From the NCBI GenBank assembly GCA_903925275.1, contig CAIYES010000233.1, positions 1,547 through 65,546 on the forward strand: a stretch of 64,000 bases of DNA, read 5' to 3'. The translations under genes were made by a program, and so were the position numbers. Positions 20,199-30,153 of this stretch are shown in pieces. The DNA is from an uncultured Bacteroidales bacterium. Lineage in GTDB: Bacteria > Bacteroidota > Bacteroidia > Bacteroidales > FEN-979. Position 1 is the stretch's first letter. Each line of letters starts with the position of its first letter. Below the pieces are notes generated by a model that saw nothing but the letters and a program-made list of their open reading frames with translations, ran no database searches and was not told where the DNA came from.

Positions 20199-20377
20199 TG
20201 TTTAAATTTCTTATTTTGTTGTGTCTCTATGTGTAAGACTGTGCCATAGGCACAAAATCCGGATAGAAATCTTATGTTCTGAGAACCATCTCGTCCCGTA
20301 CGGGACGAAATAATGCATTTATCCCTGGTTTTCTACCCATTTAAAATCCCTAACGGGATTAATAAGAAATTTAAACA
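20199..20377. mobile_element. 179-bp hairpin-rich element with 17-bp perfect terminal inverted repeats (MITE-like)
   Basis: TGTTTAAATTTCTTATT at 20199-20215 is the exact reverse complement of 20361-20377. Internal hairpins lie at 20241-20253, 20291-20308 and 20346-20359. Confidence 0.7.
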
Positions 20378-20498
20378 AACACTTAATGGTCACATGGAAT
20401 AGCCATAAATAATCATTTACGGTTGGCATGCACGTTGTGATTATGGCAATTTCATATCTTTGCTTCTCATTTTTTGACAATTCTCTGAGCCTGTTCCC

Positions 20499-22550
20499 AT
20501 GAGCGACAAACCTGTTTATAAACGGTATACCGTTACATCCGCCCTGCCCTACGCCAACGGGCCAATCCATATCGGTCATCTTGCCGGTGTTTATATCCCT
20601 GCCGACATATATGTCCGTTTCCTTCGGATGAACGACGAGGATGTCATCTTTATCGGTGGTTCCGACGAGCACGGCGTGCCCATCACCATCAAGGCACTGC
20701 AGCAAGGAGTTACCCCCCAGGATATTGTGGACAGATATCATGGCATCATCAAAAAATCATTCGCCGATTTTGGAATTTCCTTTGACATTTATTCCCGTAC
20801 CTCCAATAAAACCCATCATGAGACAGCTTCTGCATTCTTTCGCAAGTTGTATGATGCAGGAAAATTCATCGAAAAGGTTTCGGAACAATATTTCGACGAA
20901 GCCACGGGCCAATTCCTCGCCGACCGTTACATTACCGGAACATGCCCCTTCTGCGGTTTTGACAACGCCTACGGCGACCAATGCGAAAAGTGCGGCACCT
21001 CGCTTAATGCAACTGACCTGATTGAACCAAAATCAGTACTCAGTGGCAATAAACCGGTTTTGCGTGAAACACGACACTGGTTTCTCCCGCTTGATCAATA
21101 TGAACCCTGGTTGCGTGAATGGATCCTCGAAGGTCACAAAGATGACTGGAAAACCAATGTTTACGGGCAATGTAAATCATGGATCGATCAGGGACTTCAG
21201 CCGCGCGCCGTTACCCGCGACCTCGACTGGGGTGTGAAAGTTCCCGTGGAAGGTGCCGAAGGAAAAGTGTTGTATGTTTGGTTTGATGCACCCATCGGAT
21301 ATATTTCGGCAACCAAAGAACTGACTCCGGAATGGGAAAAATACTGGAAGGATCCGGAAACCAAGCTCGTTCATTTTATTGGCAAAGACAACATCGTTTT
21401 TCACTGCATCATCTTTCCGGCGATGCTGAAAGCCGAAGGTACCTATATACTTCCTGATAATGTTCCTGCCAATGAGTTCCTGAATCTTGAAGGTGACAAA
21501 ATATCCACCTCCCGGAACTGGGCAGTATGGTTGCATGAATACCTGGAGGCATTTCCGGGTAAACAGGATGTTCTAAGATATGTACTCACATCTGCCGCCC
21601 CCGAAACCAAGGATAACGACTTCACCTGGAAAGATTTTCAAACAAGGAACAACAGTGAACTTGTTGCAATTCTCGGAAATTTTGTGAACCGTACCATTGT
21701 TTTAACACACAAATATTTCGAAGGAAAAGTTCCTGAAACTTCTGCATTCACCGACTATGATAAAACGGCGTTGGAAGAGATGAGGCAATTTCCCGGCCGC
21801 ATTGCCGGTAGCATCCGGAACTACCGTTTCCGTGAAGCATTGGCAGAACTGATGAACCTGGCCCGTCTGGGGAACAAGTACCTCACCGACAATGAGCCTT
21901 GGAAGGTTTTCCCCACCGACCCTGTCAGGGTTGGAACAGTTTTAAACATCTCCTTGCAGATCTGTGCCCAGCTCTCGATCGTTGCCGAGCCTTTTCTCCC
22001 ATTTTCGGCTGCAAAGATCAGGCAGATTCTCAACCTGCCATCCTACAAATGGGGGGAGGCCATGTTGCTCAACTGGCTTTCAGCAGGTCACCGGTTAAAC
22101 CAGCCTGAACTACTCTTTGAGAAAATCGATGATGGCGCCATTGAAGCCCAGGTACAAAAGCTGTTGAGTACCCGCGAAGCCAATGAAGCCTTGCAAGCCA
22201 AAGCGCCCGTGAAGCCCGGCAAGGAGGCGATCGTATTCGAGGACTTCTCTAAAATGGATATTCGTGTGGGAACCATCATGGAGGCAGAGAAGGTAGCTAA
22301 AACCGATAAGTTGCTGAAATTGAAAATTGACACCGGTCTCGATCAGCGCATCGTGGTTTCCGGAATCGCAAAGTTTTTTAGTCCCGAAGAAATCGTTGGA
22401 AAACGCGTTTGCATCCTGGTAAATCTTGCCCCCCGCAAACTCAAAGGTATCGAATCGCAGGGTATGATCCTTATGGCCGAAAACCCTGATGGAACACTGT
22501 TTTTTGTAACCCCCGGTGAAGGATCCATCAATGGGGCGGATGTTAAATAG
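20499..22550 (+). CDS. metG: Methionine--tRNA ligase with C-terminal tRNA-binding (EMAP-like) domain
   Basis: [14 protein letters not shown] (HIGH motif), zinc knuckle CPFCG...CEKCG, KISTSRN (KMSKS variant), and a C-terminal MDIRVGTI...[12 protein letters not shown] domain. Confidence 0.97.
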   Translation: MSDKPVYKRYTVTSALPYANGPIHIGHLAGVYIPADIYVRFLRMNDEDVIFIGGSDEHGVPITIKALQQGVTPQDIVDRYHGIIKKSFADFGISFDIYSRTSNKTHHETASAFFRKLYDAGKFIEKVSEQYFDEATGQFLADRYITGTCPFCGFDNAYGDQCEKCGTSLNATDLIEPKSVLSGNKPVLRETRHWFLPLDQYEPWLREWILEGHKDDWKTNVYGQCKSWIDQGLQPRAVTRDLDWGVKVPVEGAEGKVLYVWFDAPIGYISATKELTPEWEKYWKDPETKLVHFIGKDNIVFHCIIFPAMLKAEGTYILPDNVPANEFLNLEGDKISTSRNWAVWLHEYLEAFPGKQDVLRYVLTSAAPETKDNDFTWKDFQTRNNSELVAILGNFVNRTIVLTHKYFEGKVPETSAFTDYDKTALEEMRQFPGRIAGSIRNYRFREALAELMNLARLGNKYLTDNEPWKVFPTDPVRVGTVLNISLQICAQLSIVAEPFLPFSAAKIRQILNLPSYKWGEAMLLNWLSAGHRLNQPELLFEKIDDGAIEAQVQKLLSTREANEALQAKAPVKPGKEAIVFEDFSKMDIRVGTIMEAEKVAKTDKLLKLKIDTGLDQRIVVSGIAKFFSPEEIVGKRVCILVNLAPRKLKGIESQGMILMAENPDGTLFFVTPGEGSINGADVK

Positions 22551-22553
22551 TTT

Positions 22554-22594
22554 CCAAACCTTCCAGGTTTTAAAAACCCGGAAGATTTGGTTTT
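22554..22594 (+). terminator. Candidate intrinsic terminator of metG
   Basis: CCAAACCTTCCAGG / CCCGGAAGATTTGG forms a 14-bp stem with 2 mismatches, followed by TTTT. Confidence 0.5.
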
Positions 22595-22623
22595 AAAAAA
22601 TAGTTTAATTTTGCGCCACTCCC

Positions 22624-22695
22624 GGCCCCGTAGTTCAATGGATAGAACGGAAGTTTCCTAAACTTTAAATGCAGGTTCGATTCCTGCCGGGGCTA
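22624..22695 (+). tRNA. tRNA-Arg: tRNA-Arg (anticodon CCT)
   Basis: Manual cloverleaf: acceptor GGCCCCG/CGGGGCT, D arm GTTC-AATGGATA-GAAC, anticodon arm GAAGT-TTCCTAA-ACTTT, T arm GCAGG-TTCGATT-CCTGC, discriminator A. No encoded CCA. Confidence 0.9.
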
Positions 22696-22711
22696 CCTGA
22701 TCATCATACAG

Positions 22712-22746
22712 AAGGCTGATAATCAACAAGATGTCAGCCTTTTTTC
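22712..22746 (+). terminator. Candidate intrinsic terminator after the tRNA
   Basis: AAGGCTGA...TCAGCCTT stem followed by a T-run. Confidence 0.55.
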
Positions 22747-22778
22747 TTGTTGGGTACAACATAGGTACAACTAATTAC

Positions 22779-23139
22779 GGATCAAGAGGAAAATCTGGGG
22801 GATTACATTTGAAATTGAAATCTACTTGGTGAAATGAAACTGAAAAATCACTGCAATCTCAGAACCCCATAGGGGTGATATCTTTGTAGCAGGAGAAAAA
22901 TGAACCATTTCCAGAGCCCCATCGGGGCGACATAGTTGTTGAATCTGTAGAAGCTTAGCTATTGAGTTTATCAAACAGCAGGAAGAATAACCTATTTCGC
23001 AGCTACGCTGCTTTGTTATTCACGACCTGTTATTAGTACTACAAAGATTAGGCAGCTATGCTGCCAATTGGGGAGCAAGGGCAAAACCTCCGGATTTTTC
23101 GCTTGAACCTACCTTCCCCCCAGATTTATCTCTTGATCC
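22779..23139 (+). mobile_element. 361-bp non-autonomous TIR element (MITE-like), copy 1, with 8-bp target-site duplication
   Basis: Ends are GGATCAAGAGGAAAATCTGGGGG... and ...CCCCCCAGATTTATCTCTTGATCC (imperfect inverted repeat). It is flanked by CTAATTAC at 22771-22778 and 23140-23147. No ORF. A second copy lies at 43819. Confidence 0.8.
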
Positions 23140-23373
23140 CTAATTACAACTATCTGAATATTAGTTTATTACAAATAAGGATTTTCGGATAAACTACGTA
23201 ATATATTGATATAATGCATGTTGGTCATTTTATGCTTGAATTCCTAATCCCAGGCATTATTTATTAACGGGCTGTTCATAACTGACCTGCTCTGACAATA
23301 ACAGTTTCTCCAAGCATTTAGTTTCGCAGGGAATTCCCTACTTTTACTGTTGATTTACTAACCAACTAAGCGA

Positions 23374-24972
23374 ATGCCTACACTCAACTGGATCGGCAAA
23401 GACAAAGTCATCAACCACCATCAGGATGTACCCTTCCGTATACTCGACCATCAGTACGGTTTTACACCGGATGGCAAACAAGAAGCACCTGTTAACAGCG
23501 GTAATCTCATCATCCACGGTGATAATCTCGAAGCGCTTAAAGCCCTGTTGCCTCAGTACGAAGCGAAGGTTAAGTGCATCTATATTGACCCCCCTTATAA
23601 CACAGGTAATGAGGGTTGGGCATATAACGATAACGTTAACGATCCAAAGATTAAAAAGTGGTTGCACAAGGTTGTAGGCAAGGAGGGTGAGGACCTGAGC
23701 AGACATGATAAGTGGTTGTGCATGATGTATCCGAGAATGGTGCTTCTGCACAAGCTGCTTAGTCCTGATGGTGCAATGTTCATCTCAATAGACGATAATG
23801 AACAGCCAAACTTACGCTTATTGCTTGATGAACTATTTGGTGGTAAGAACTTCATTGCTAACGTTATATGGCAGAAGGTGTATTCTCCTAAGAACTCTGC
23901 GAAATACTTTTCTGAGGATCATGACTATATCATGGTTTACTCTAAAGACTTCACAAAGTGGGTGCCTAACATGATTCCACGTTCTGCAATACAAGTAAGC
24001 CGATATAAGAACCCAGATCATGATTCAAGAGGGCCTTGGAAACCTGGTGATCTGTCTGCAAGAAACTACTATGGAGATGGTACATACTCTATAACAACAC
24101 CTTCAGGGAGAACTATTGACGCACCTCCAAAAGGTATGTATTGGCGTGTCTCCTTTAAAAAGTTTCAAGAGATGGATGCTGATGGGCGAATTTGGTGGGG
24201 TGCAGAAGGAAATAATGTTCCTGCCATTAAAAGGTTCTTATCGGAGGTCCAAGATGGTGTGGTGCCTCAAACATTGTGGCGCTATGAGGAGGTTGGGCAT
24301 ACGCAGGATGCCAAAAAGGAGTTGCTTAAGATACTTGATTTCGACTCCTCAGCAGATGTCTTTATCACACCTAAGCCATCATCCTTGGTTGATCGAATCC
24401 TTCAGATAGGATCAAGCAAAGATTCAATCGTTCTTGATTCATTCGCCGGCTCAGGTACAACAGCTCATGCGGTCCTGAAACTAAACAAGAAGGACAAGGG
24501 TAATCGCAAATGTATCCTCGTAGAGATGGAAGACTACGCAGAAACCATCACCGCAGAACGCGTCAAGCGCGTCATCAATGGATACGCTGACGTTGAAGGA
24601 ACCGGTGGCAGCTTTGATTACTACGAGTTAGGGCCTCCGTTGTTTGATGAGAACGGCAACCTGAATGATCAGGTACCATTGAACAGGATCAGAGAGTATG
24701 TATGGTACTCCGAAACCCGGTCAGCATTTAATCCGTTGACGGAGGATCAGCTTCGCAATCCTTACTTCCTGGGGATCAAGGAGGATACCGGGTATTATTT
24801 CTACTACGAACTTCAGCAGGTAACCACCCTCGATTACGATTTTCTTGGTACCATCTGCCTCAAAGCAGAACAGTATGTAATCTATGCCGACAACTGCCTG
24901 CTGTCAAAGACCTTCCTGCAAAACAACAACATCATATTCAAGAAGATACCCCGAGACATCTCACGCTTATGA
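23374..24972 (+). CDS. mod: Type III restriction-modification methyltransferase (Mod), beta-class amino-MTase
   Basis: IYIDPPYNTG (motif IV) precedes DSFAGSGTTAHAV (motif I). Size and a downstream Res-type helicase-nuclease support the call. Confidence 0.85.
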   Translation: MPTLNWIGKDKVINHHQDVPFRILDHQYGFTPDGKQEAPVNSGNLIIHGDNLEALKALLPQYEAKVKCIYIDPPYNTGNEGWAYNDNVNDPKIKKWLHKVVGKEGEDLSRHDKWLCMMYPRMVLLHKLLSPDGAMFISIDDNEQPNLRLLLDELFGGKNFIANVIWQKVYSPKNSAKYFSEDHDYIMVYSKDFTKWVPNMIPRSAIQVSRYKNPDHDSRGPWKPGDLSARNYYGDGTYSITTPSGRTIDAPPKGMYWRVSFKKFQEMDADGRIWWGAEGNNVPAIKRFLSEVQDGVVPQTLWRYEEVGHTQDAKKELLKILDFDSSADVFITPKPSSLVDRILQIGSSKDSIVLDSFAGSGTTAHAVLKLNKKDKGNRKCILVEMEDYAETITAERVKRVINGYADVEGTGGSFDYYELGPPLFDENGNLNDQVPLNRIREYVWYSETRSAFNPLTEDQLRNPYFLGIKEDTGYYFYYELQQVTTLDYDFLGTICLKAEQYVIYADNCLLSKTFLQNNNIIFKKIPRDISRL

Positions 24973-25094
24973 AACCAAATGGAAAATACACTGTGGCAAT
25001 AAACGCATTATATGGGAATTGAACTATTCAAAATTGTCGAATGGATCAAGGTTTAATCATTTTTTTCTATCTTGCATAAACAAAAATAACCGAT

Positions 25095-25307
25095 ATGAAA
25101 ACCGATGAATTAATACTCGAAATAAAAAAACTGCCATTGAATGAAAAGCTTAAGATTATTGAAACTACAGCTCATTCGGTCAGGCTTGACGGAGAAAGAA
25201 AACAAAGGGCTGCCGCTGCAAAATCCCGTGCCGGGAATTATGCAACAGATCAGGAATTAACAGCGTTTACCACTTTAGACGGAGCGGCCTTTTATGAAAC
25301 AAGGTGA
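25095..25307 (+). CDS. Putative antitoxin of the downstream MazF-like toxin
   Basis: 70-aa ORF overlapping the toxin gene by 14 nt. The N-terminal helix (ELILEIKKLPLNEKLKIIE) resembles small addiction-module antitoxins; the family is not firmly recognised. Confidence 0.55.
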   Translation: MKTDELILEIKKLPLNEKLKIIETTAHSVRLDGERKQRAAAAKSRAGNYATDQELTAFTTLDGAAFYETR

Positions 25308-25653
25308 AATATGGCTTATCAGTCTTGATCCGGTGGTAGGCGCAGAGATCAACAAGACAAGAACCGCAATTATTATCAATGATGATGCGTTGGGAATTCT
25401 TCCACTGAAGATAATCATCCCGGTTACAGAATGGAAAACCAGGTATGTCAATGCTCCCTGGTTTGTAAAAATCGACTCTTCTGAAAATACCGGATTAACC
25501 AAAGATTCTGCTGCTGATTGTTTTCAAATCCGCTCGGCATTTGATTCACGGCTGATAAAAAAACTGGGAAAAGTAGACCAGGCGTCATTAGAAAAAATTC
25601 AGTATGCATTATCGAAAGTCCTGTCAATACATTTATTCGAAAAATTCGAATAG
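25294..25653 (+). CDS. mazF: PemK/MazF-family type II toxin (endoribonuclease fold)
   Basis: MKQGEIWLISLDPVVGAEINKTRTAIIINDD...PLKIIIPVT...ADCFQIRS matches the PemK/MazF pattern. Confidence 0.8.
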   Translation: MKQGEIWLISLDPVVGAEINKTRTAIIINDDALGILPLKIIIPVTEWKTRYVNAPWFVKIDSSENTGLTKDSAADCFQIRSAFDSRLIKKLGKVDQASLEKIQYALSKVLSIHLFEKFE

Positions 25654-25712
25654 CTCCCATGATCAATTCTTCGTAAAAGAAATCAAGCGCAAATCCCGGG
25701 CACCCGTAAACA

Positions 25713-28340
25713 ATGGAACTCAAACCCTACCAGACCAAAGTCATCAAAGACCTTGAAAGCTATCTTGGCTACGTTCAACAGTACAAGCTTACCGACGTAG
25801 CCTTTAAGCGCTTTTGGGAAGATCAGGTCGGTCCTTACAACCCGATCACCGGTGAAGGTATGTGACCGTATCAGAACAATGTTCCAAATGCGGCGCATGT
25901 TTGTATTAAGGTACCGACAGCAGGTGGTAAGACCTTCATCGCCTGTAACGCATTGAAGACGATCTTTAACGCATTTGATGCCAGCCATGCAAAAGCAGTG
26001 GTGTGGTTAGTACCCTGGAGCAACCTGTTAGAACAAACGGTTCGGAACCTGAGCAACCCTGATCATCCTTACCGGCAGAAGCTGAACACACTATTTAACC
26101 ATCGTGTGGCCGTTTATGAGAAGAAGGACCTGTTACAGGGATCAAACTTTAGTCCATCAGTGGTTAGTGAACAATTGAGCATCTTCGTGATGAGCTTTGG
26201 CTCGATCAGAGCGACGCGCAAGGAAGACCGTAAGATATATGAGCAAAACGGTCAACTGTCATCGTTTGTGCCCACTTATAATGATAGCTCCGTGGTACTG
26301 GCCAACACCGATGAGTCGGCGCTGATCAATGTAATCCGGAACCTGAACCCGATACTGGTCGTTGACGAAAGTCACAATGCTGAAACAGACCTCAGCGTGG
26401 AGATGCTGAAAGCGCTCAATCCATGCTTCATTCTTGATCTTACAGCCACTCCTAAAGACAACAGCAACATTGTCAGCATGGTTCCGGCTATTGAGTTGAA
26501 AAAACACAGCATGGTAAAGCTGCCTGTGATCGTTTATAACCATAAAGATAAACATGATGTTATCAGTAGCGCTCTTCACTTGCAGCGGAAACTGGAAGCA
26601 TCAGCACTTGCAGAAGAGAAGGTCACAGGCCGCTACATCCGCCCAATCGTCCTGTTTCAGGCACAATCAGCGACCCATGAAGACAACACGACCTTTGAGA
26701 AGCTAAAAGCCGAACTGCTAAAGCTTGGCATCAAGGAAGAGCAGATCAAAATTAAAACGGCAAACAAGAACGAACTTACCGGCATTGATCTGTCGTCAAA
26801 AGACTGTCAGGTAAGGTACATCATCACGATTAATGCACTGAAAGAAGGCTGGGACTGTCCGTTCGCATATATCCTGGCTTCACTTGCTGACAAGTCATCA
26901 GCAGTTGACGTTGAACAGATTCTTGGACGTGTGCTAAGACAGCCCTACGTTATCCGACATGCCGATATATTACTGAATGTTTCGTATGTACTCACGTCAT
27001 CCGCAAAGTTCAATGATACCTTGCAGAACATCGTCAAGAGCTTGTTGAATTCCGGATTTAGCGATAAAGACTACCGGCAGAAGGATGATATGCCCGAAGC
27101 CGACAAACAGCAGGTCACAGCAAAGACACTCGATAATTTCCTGTTTCCGGAAGACAAGCCGGAGGATGAAGGTATTGATGCCGGGAAGGTCAACTATAGT
27201 CCTGATGGTACAGATGCACCGGCAGCAACTACGGTTATCAACACCATCGCCGGTCTTGCCGAACAACAGAACCGTGAACTGGAAGAGCAGATCAACAAAC
27301 AACCTGATGTTATTGACGACAACTATTTTGCAGAGATGGGAACTAAAGTAAAGCGTTATCGAATCCGTGAAGCCTTGTTGGATCAAGTCAAGAGTATCAC
27401 CATTCCACGGTTCTACATTGATGTACCACACAGCGATCTCTTTGAAACCAGTTCAGGACTTGTCCCATTAGATGACACCATTCTGCTTACTGGATTCGCC
27501 CTGGAGAAGTGCGACAAGAATATCGCCTTTGATGATGTCTCGTCTGAACTTTACAAGGTTGACTTACAGGAAACACGGAAGAATGAGTACTCGCCCTCGT
27601 TTACCAAGATCGAAGACCGGATGCTTAAAGAGCCGTTAGTCGATTACATTCTCGCCAAACCAAAGGAGAGCCAGCTCAAAGACCTCGCTGATATAGTGAT
27701 CAAGCTCATAGGAGACATGTACCCAATTCCTGACAGCTCCATAAAACGCTATGTTGAATCAGTTTTTAACGACTTCACGCAAGAGCAGATCGCTGATTTT
27801 CTCGCTCGTAAATACACTTACGTCGACAAGATCAAACATAAGATCAAGGTACTTGCAGATGCATACGCCGAAGAACAATTCAATAAGTACATTAAGGTGG
27901 GGAAGATCAAGGTTCAGCAAGTGTGGAAGTTTCCTGAATCAATCAGTCCTGGCAACCTCGGCCCATCTATCGGACAATCGCTATATGAGCGTGAAGGGTC
28001 CATGAATGGCTTTGAAGAGCGTGTGATACTTGAATTGTCAAGCCTCTCTAACATAAACTTCTGGCACCGGAATATTGAGCGCAGGGGCTTTGCTATCAAC
28101 GGTTTTAAGTCAAACCATTATCCTGACTTCATTCTCTATACAAAGACCGGTAACGTAATTCTACTGGAAACAAAAGGTGATTATCTGGATGGAACTGACA
28201 GTTCTGCTAAGTGTCGTCTCGGGAACCAGTGGCAGCAGCTCTCCGGTTCAGGATTCAGTTACTTTATGGTGTTTGATGCCAAACCCATTACCGATTCTTA
28301 TACGATCACGCAGGCAAAGGATATGATCAGGATGCTTTAA
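25713..28340 (+). pseudogene. res: Type III restriction enzyme Res subunit (SF2 helicase + PD-(D/E)xK nuclease) interrupted by an in-frame TGA at 25863-25865
   Basis: The same frame gives MELKPYQ...GEGM-stop-PYQNNVPNAAHVCIKVPTAGGKTF (Walker A), then VVDESHN (motif II) and a C-terminal YPDFILY...LLETKG nuclease motif. The track ORF starts at TTG 25953, downstream of motif I. Confidence 0.75.
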
Positions 28341-28877
28341 CCCGGTTTTTCTCCACAAAAAACCCACTTACTTACCTGTATACCCTATAGGTGTAAAGTA
28401 AGTGAGCAGGTTTCTTCTTAATCGAGACTACCAGCATACATTGCCCCTAAAACGGGGCCACCTCCAATTCGACATTGTAAACGTCATTCTCAAGCCTTGG
28501 CACGTCCACCGCTGCAAGTGATTGTGTCATTTAATGTTGTGATTTGTTTGAGCCAATTGCCTTTGGGATCAAAACCCTGATAGATCCAAAGTCAAAAAGA
28601 GATGTCTCAGGGTATTGGTATAGCAAGACAAACAGTACAGAATGCGGAATATGGTGGGAATATAAACTTACTTACCCTCTTCAAAATAATCGATGTTCAT
28701 GACATGGCATTAGAGGAATTTTTCAGAGAAATGGAATAACATCATGATTACGGGTTTCCTCAATGGTTATCAGCCTGAAAAACAATTATATAGGTCTTTG
28801 CCTGTAGAATTAAATACGTATTAACCTGCAATGACTATAGTTGACATGATCAAGCGATCTTCAACAGGTAAGATCAG

Positions 28878-29672
28878 TTAATTGATCAGGATCATTTTCT
28901 TCATTTCTGATGTGGCTGATCCTGAATTAATTTGGTACAGGTATGTTCCTGCCGGTAAATCGGTATTGTCGATATTTATATGACCGGTTTGCCCCACTAC
29001 GTTTACAGATTTTCTCATATTACCCTTCAAATCGTAGAATATAATCTGACCTTGTGTTTCTCCCGGTAGCAACTGGTACTCGATTGTTGCATTACCTTTA
29101 TTTGGATTTGGGTAAACATTGATTATGCATCGTCCAGAGTTTGACGATTGAATGTCAGATTGCCCATATGGCAAATGCCCCGGCAGACTATATATTTCAC
29201 TTATTGATTTTCCTGTTGCAACTAACGTTTCTGACATTATCATCTTAGTCCCTGCAGCGGTATTAAATATACCCCCATAATATGCATGATTTGCTGAATC
29301 ACCTCTTGAGAATAAAACCGAACCATCCTCTTTATAAACCAATACTTTGGTATTATAAAAATCCGCAACCATATATTCGATTGATGCATCCAAATCGAAC
29401 AGTTTATCAGAAACATTGAAAATCCAATAATTATGATTCGGTTGGACCGGAACTATAATTGTTTTAAATGATGTATAATCAAGGTTATACAGGTAAAATA
29501 TATTGCTGTCTGCAATTGGTATAAACCATTTATCTCCACCATTTTCAAAATGAATTATGGTCGGAAATGCTTGATAGTTGTTTGCAGGATAGGTGTGTTC
29601 CAATACAATTTGCGCATCCAGCATAAAATGCGTTGACAGGAAAATCATTGTAATGAGAATCGATTTTTTCAT
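28878..29672 (-). CDS. Secreted protein with T9SS C-terminal sorting domain
   Basis: Signal peptide, C-terminal NVYPNPNKGNATIEYQL...GTYLYQI...KKMILIN. Confidence 0.65.
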   Translation of the reverse strand: MKKSILITMIFLSTHFMLDAQIVLEHTYPANNYQAFPTIIHFENGGDKWFIPIADSNIFYLYNLDYTSFKTIIVPVQPNHNYWIFNVSDKLFDLDASIEYMVADFYNTKVLVYKEDGSVLFSRGDSANHAYYGGIFNTAAGTKMIMSETLVATGKSISEIYSLPGHLPYGQSDIQSSNSGRCIINVYPNPNKGNATIEYQLLPGETQGQIIFYDLKGNMRKSVNVVGQTGHINIDNTDLPAGTYLYQINSGSATSEMKKMILIN

Positions 29673-30153
29673 ACTGAATTGGTTTTTGATGATGTGTTTT
29701 TAATGTTTCAGGACGGTAGAGAAAAATCAAAAGTAAGGATATAATCTCAACCTAAACCGTAAAACACCAAACAATGATTGTTATTCCTGACAACAAAAAA
29801 TCCGGGTGACTAATGGCATTAACCAATTTTCAGGATACCAGTGAAAATATTTTGTCCAAAATATAATTTATAATCATTTCACATAATTCACAACAAGCTT
29901 ATTATGTGGATTATATAAATGTTTTTAATTAAAACCCATCAAAAATCATCAAAACTCGTATTAATTATAATCACTGTGTAACAATCAGTTACAAAATACG
30001 TATAATATCTAAACACCCATGAACTATGAAAAATCACAGTATCGATGGCTTTAACCCCCTGAATATAAACACTATTAAGGGGGTTTTCTTTTAATCGGAT
30101 CATCTTACTTGACACATAGAAATAAAGATTGAACCGTATCAGCTAGGTTGATA

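Noticed and set aside
20319-20741. 140-aa minus-strand ORF
   Set aside because: It overlaps the metG 5' end antisense and runs through the 179-bp TIR element. It has no motif and is most likely spurious.
22696-23373. Integrase-mediated island or prophage attachment at tRNA-Arg
   Set aside because: No integrase or recombinase ORF is present anywhere nearby, and I could not find a second copy of the tRNA 3' end by eye. The accessory nature of the region remains an inference.
25863-25865. TGA in res as evidence for an alternative genetic code or selenocysteine
   Set aside because: TGA clearly terminates other well-defined genes here (RNase H1 at 16835-16837, response regulator at 36170-36172). 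I see no convincing SECIS-like hairpin immediately downstream, and a Sec residue in a Res N-terminus has no precedent known to me. It is kept only as a nonsense or read-through candidate.
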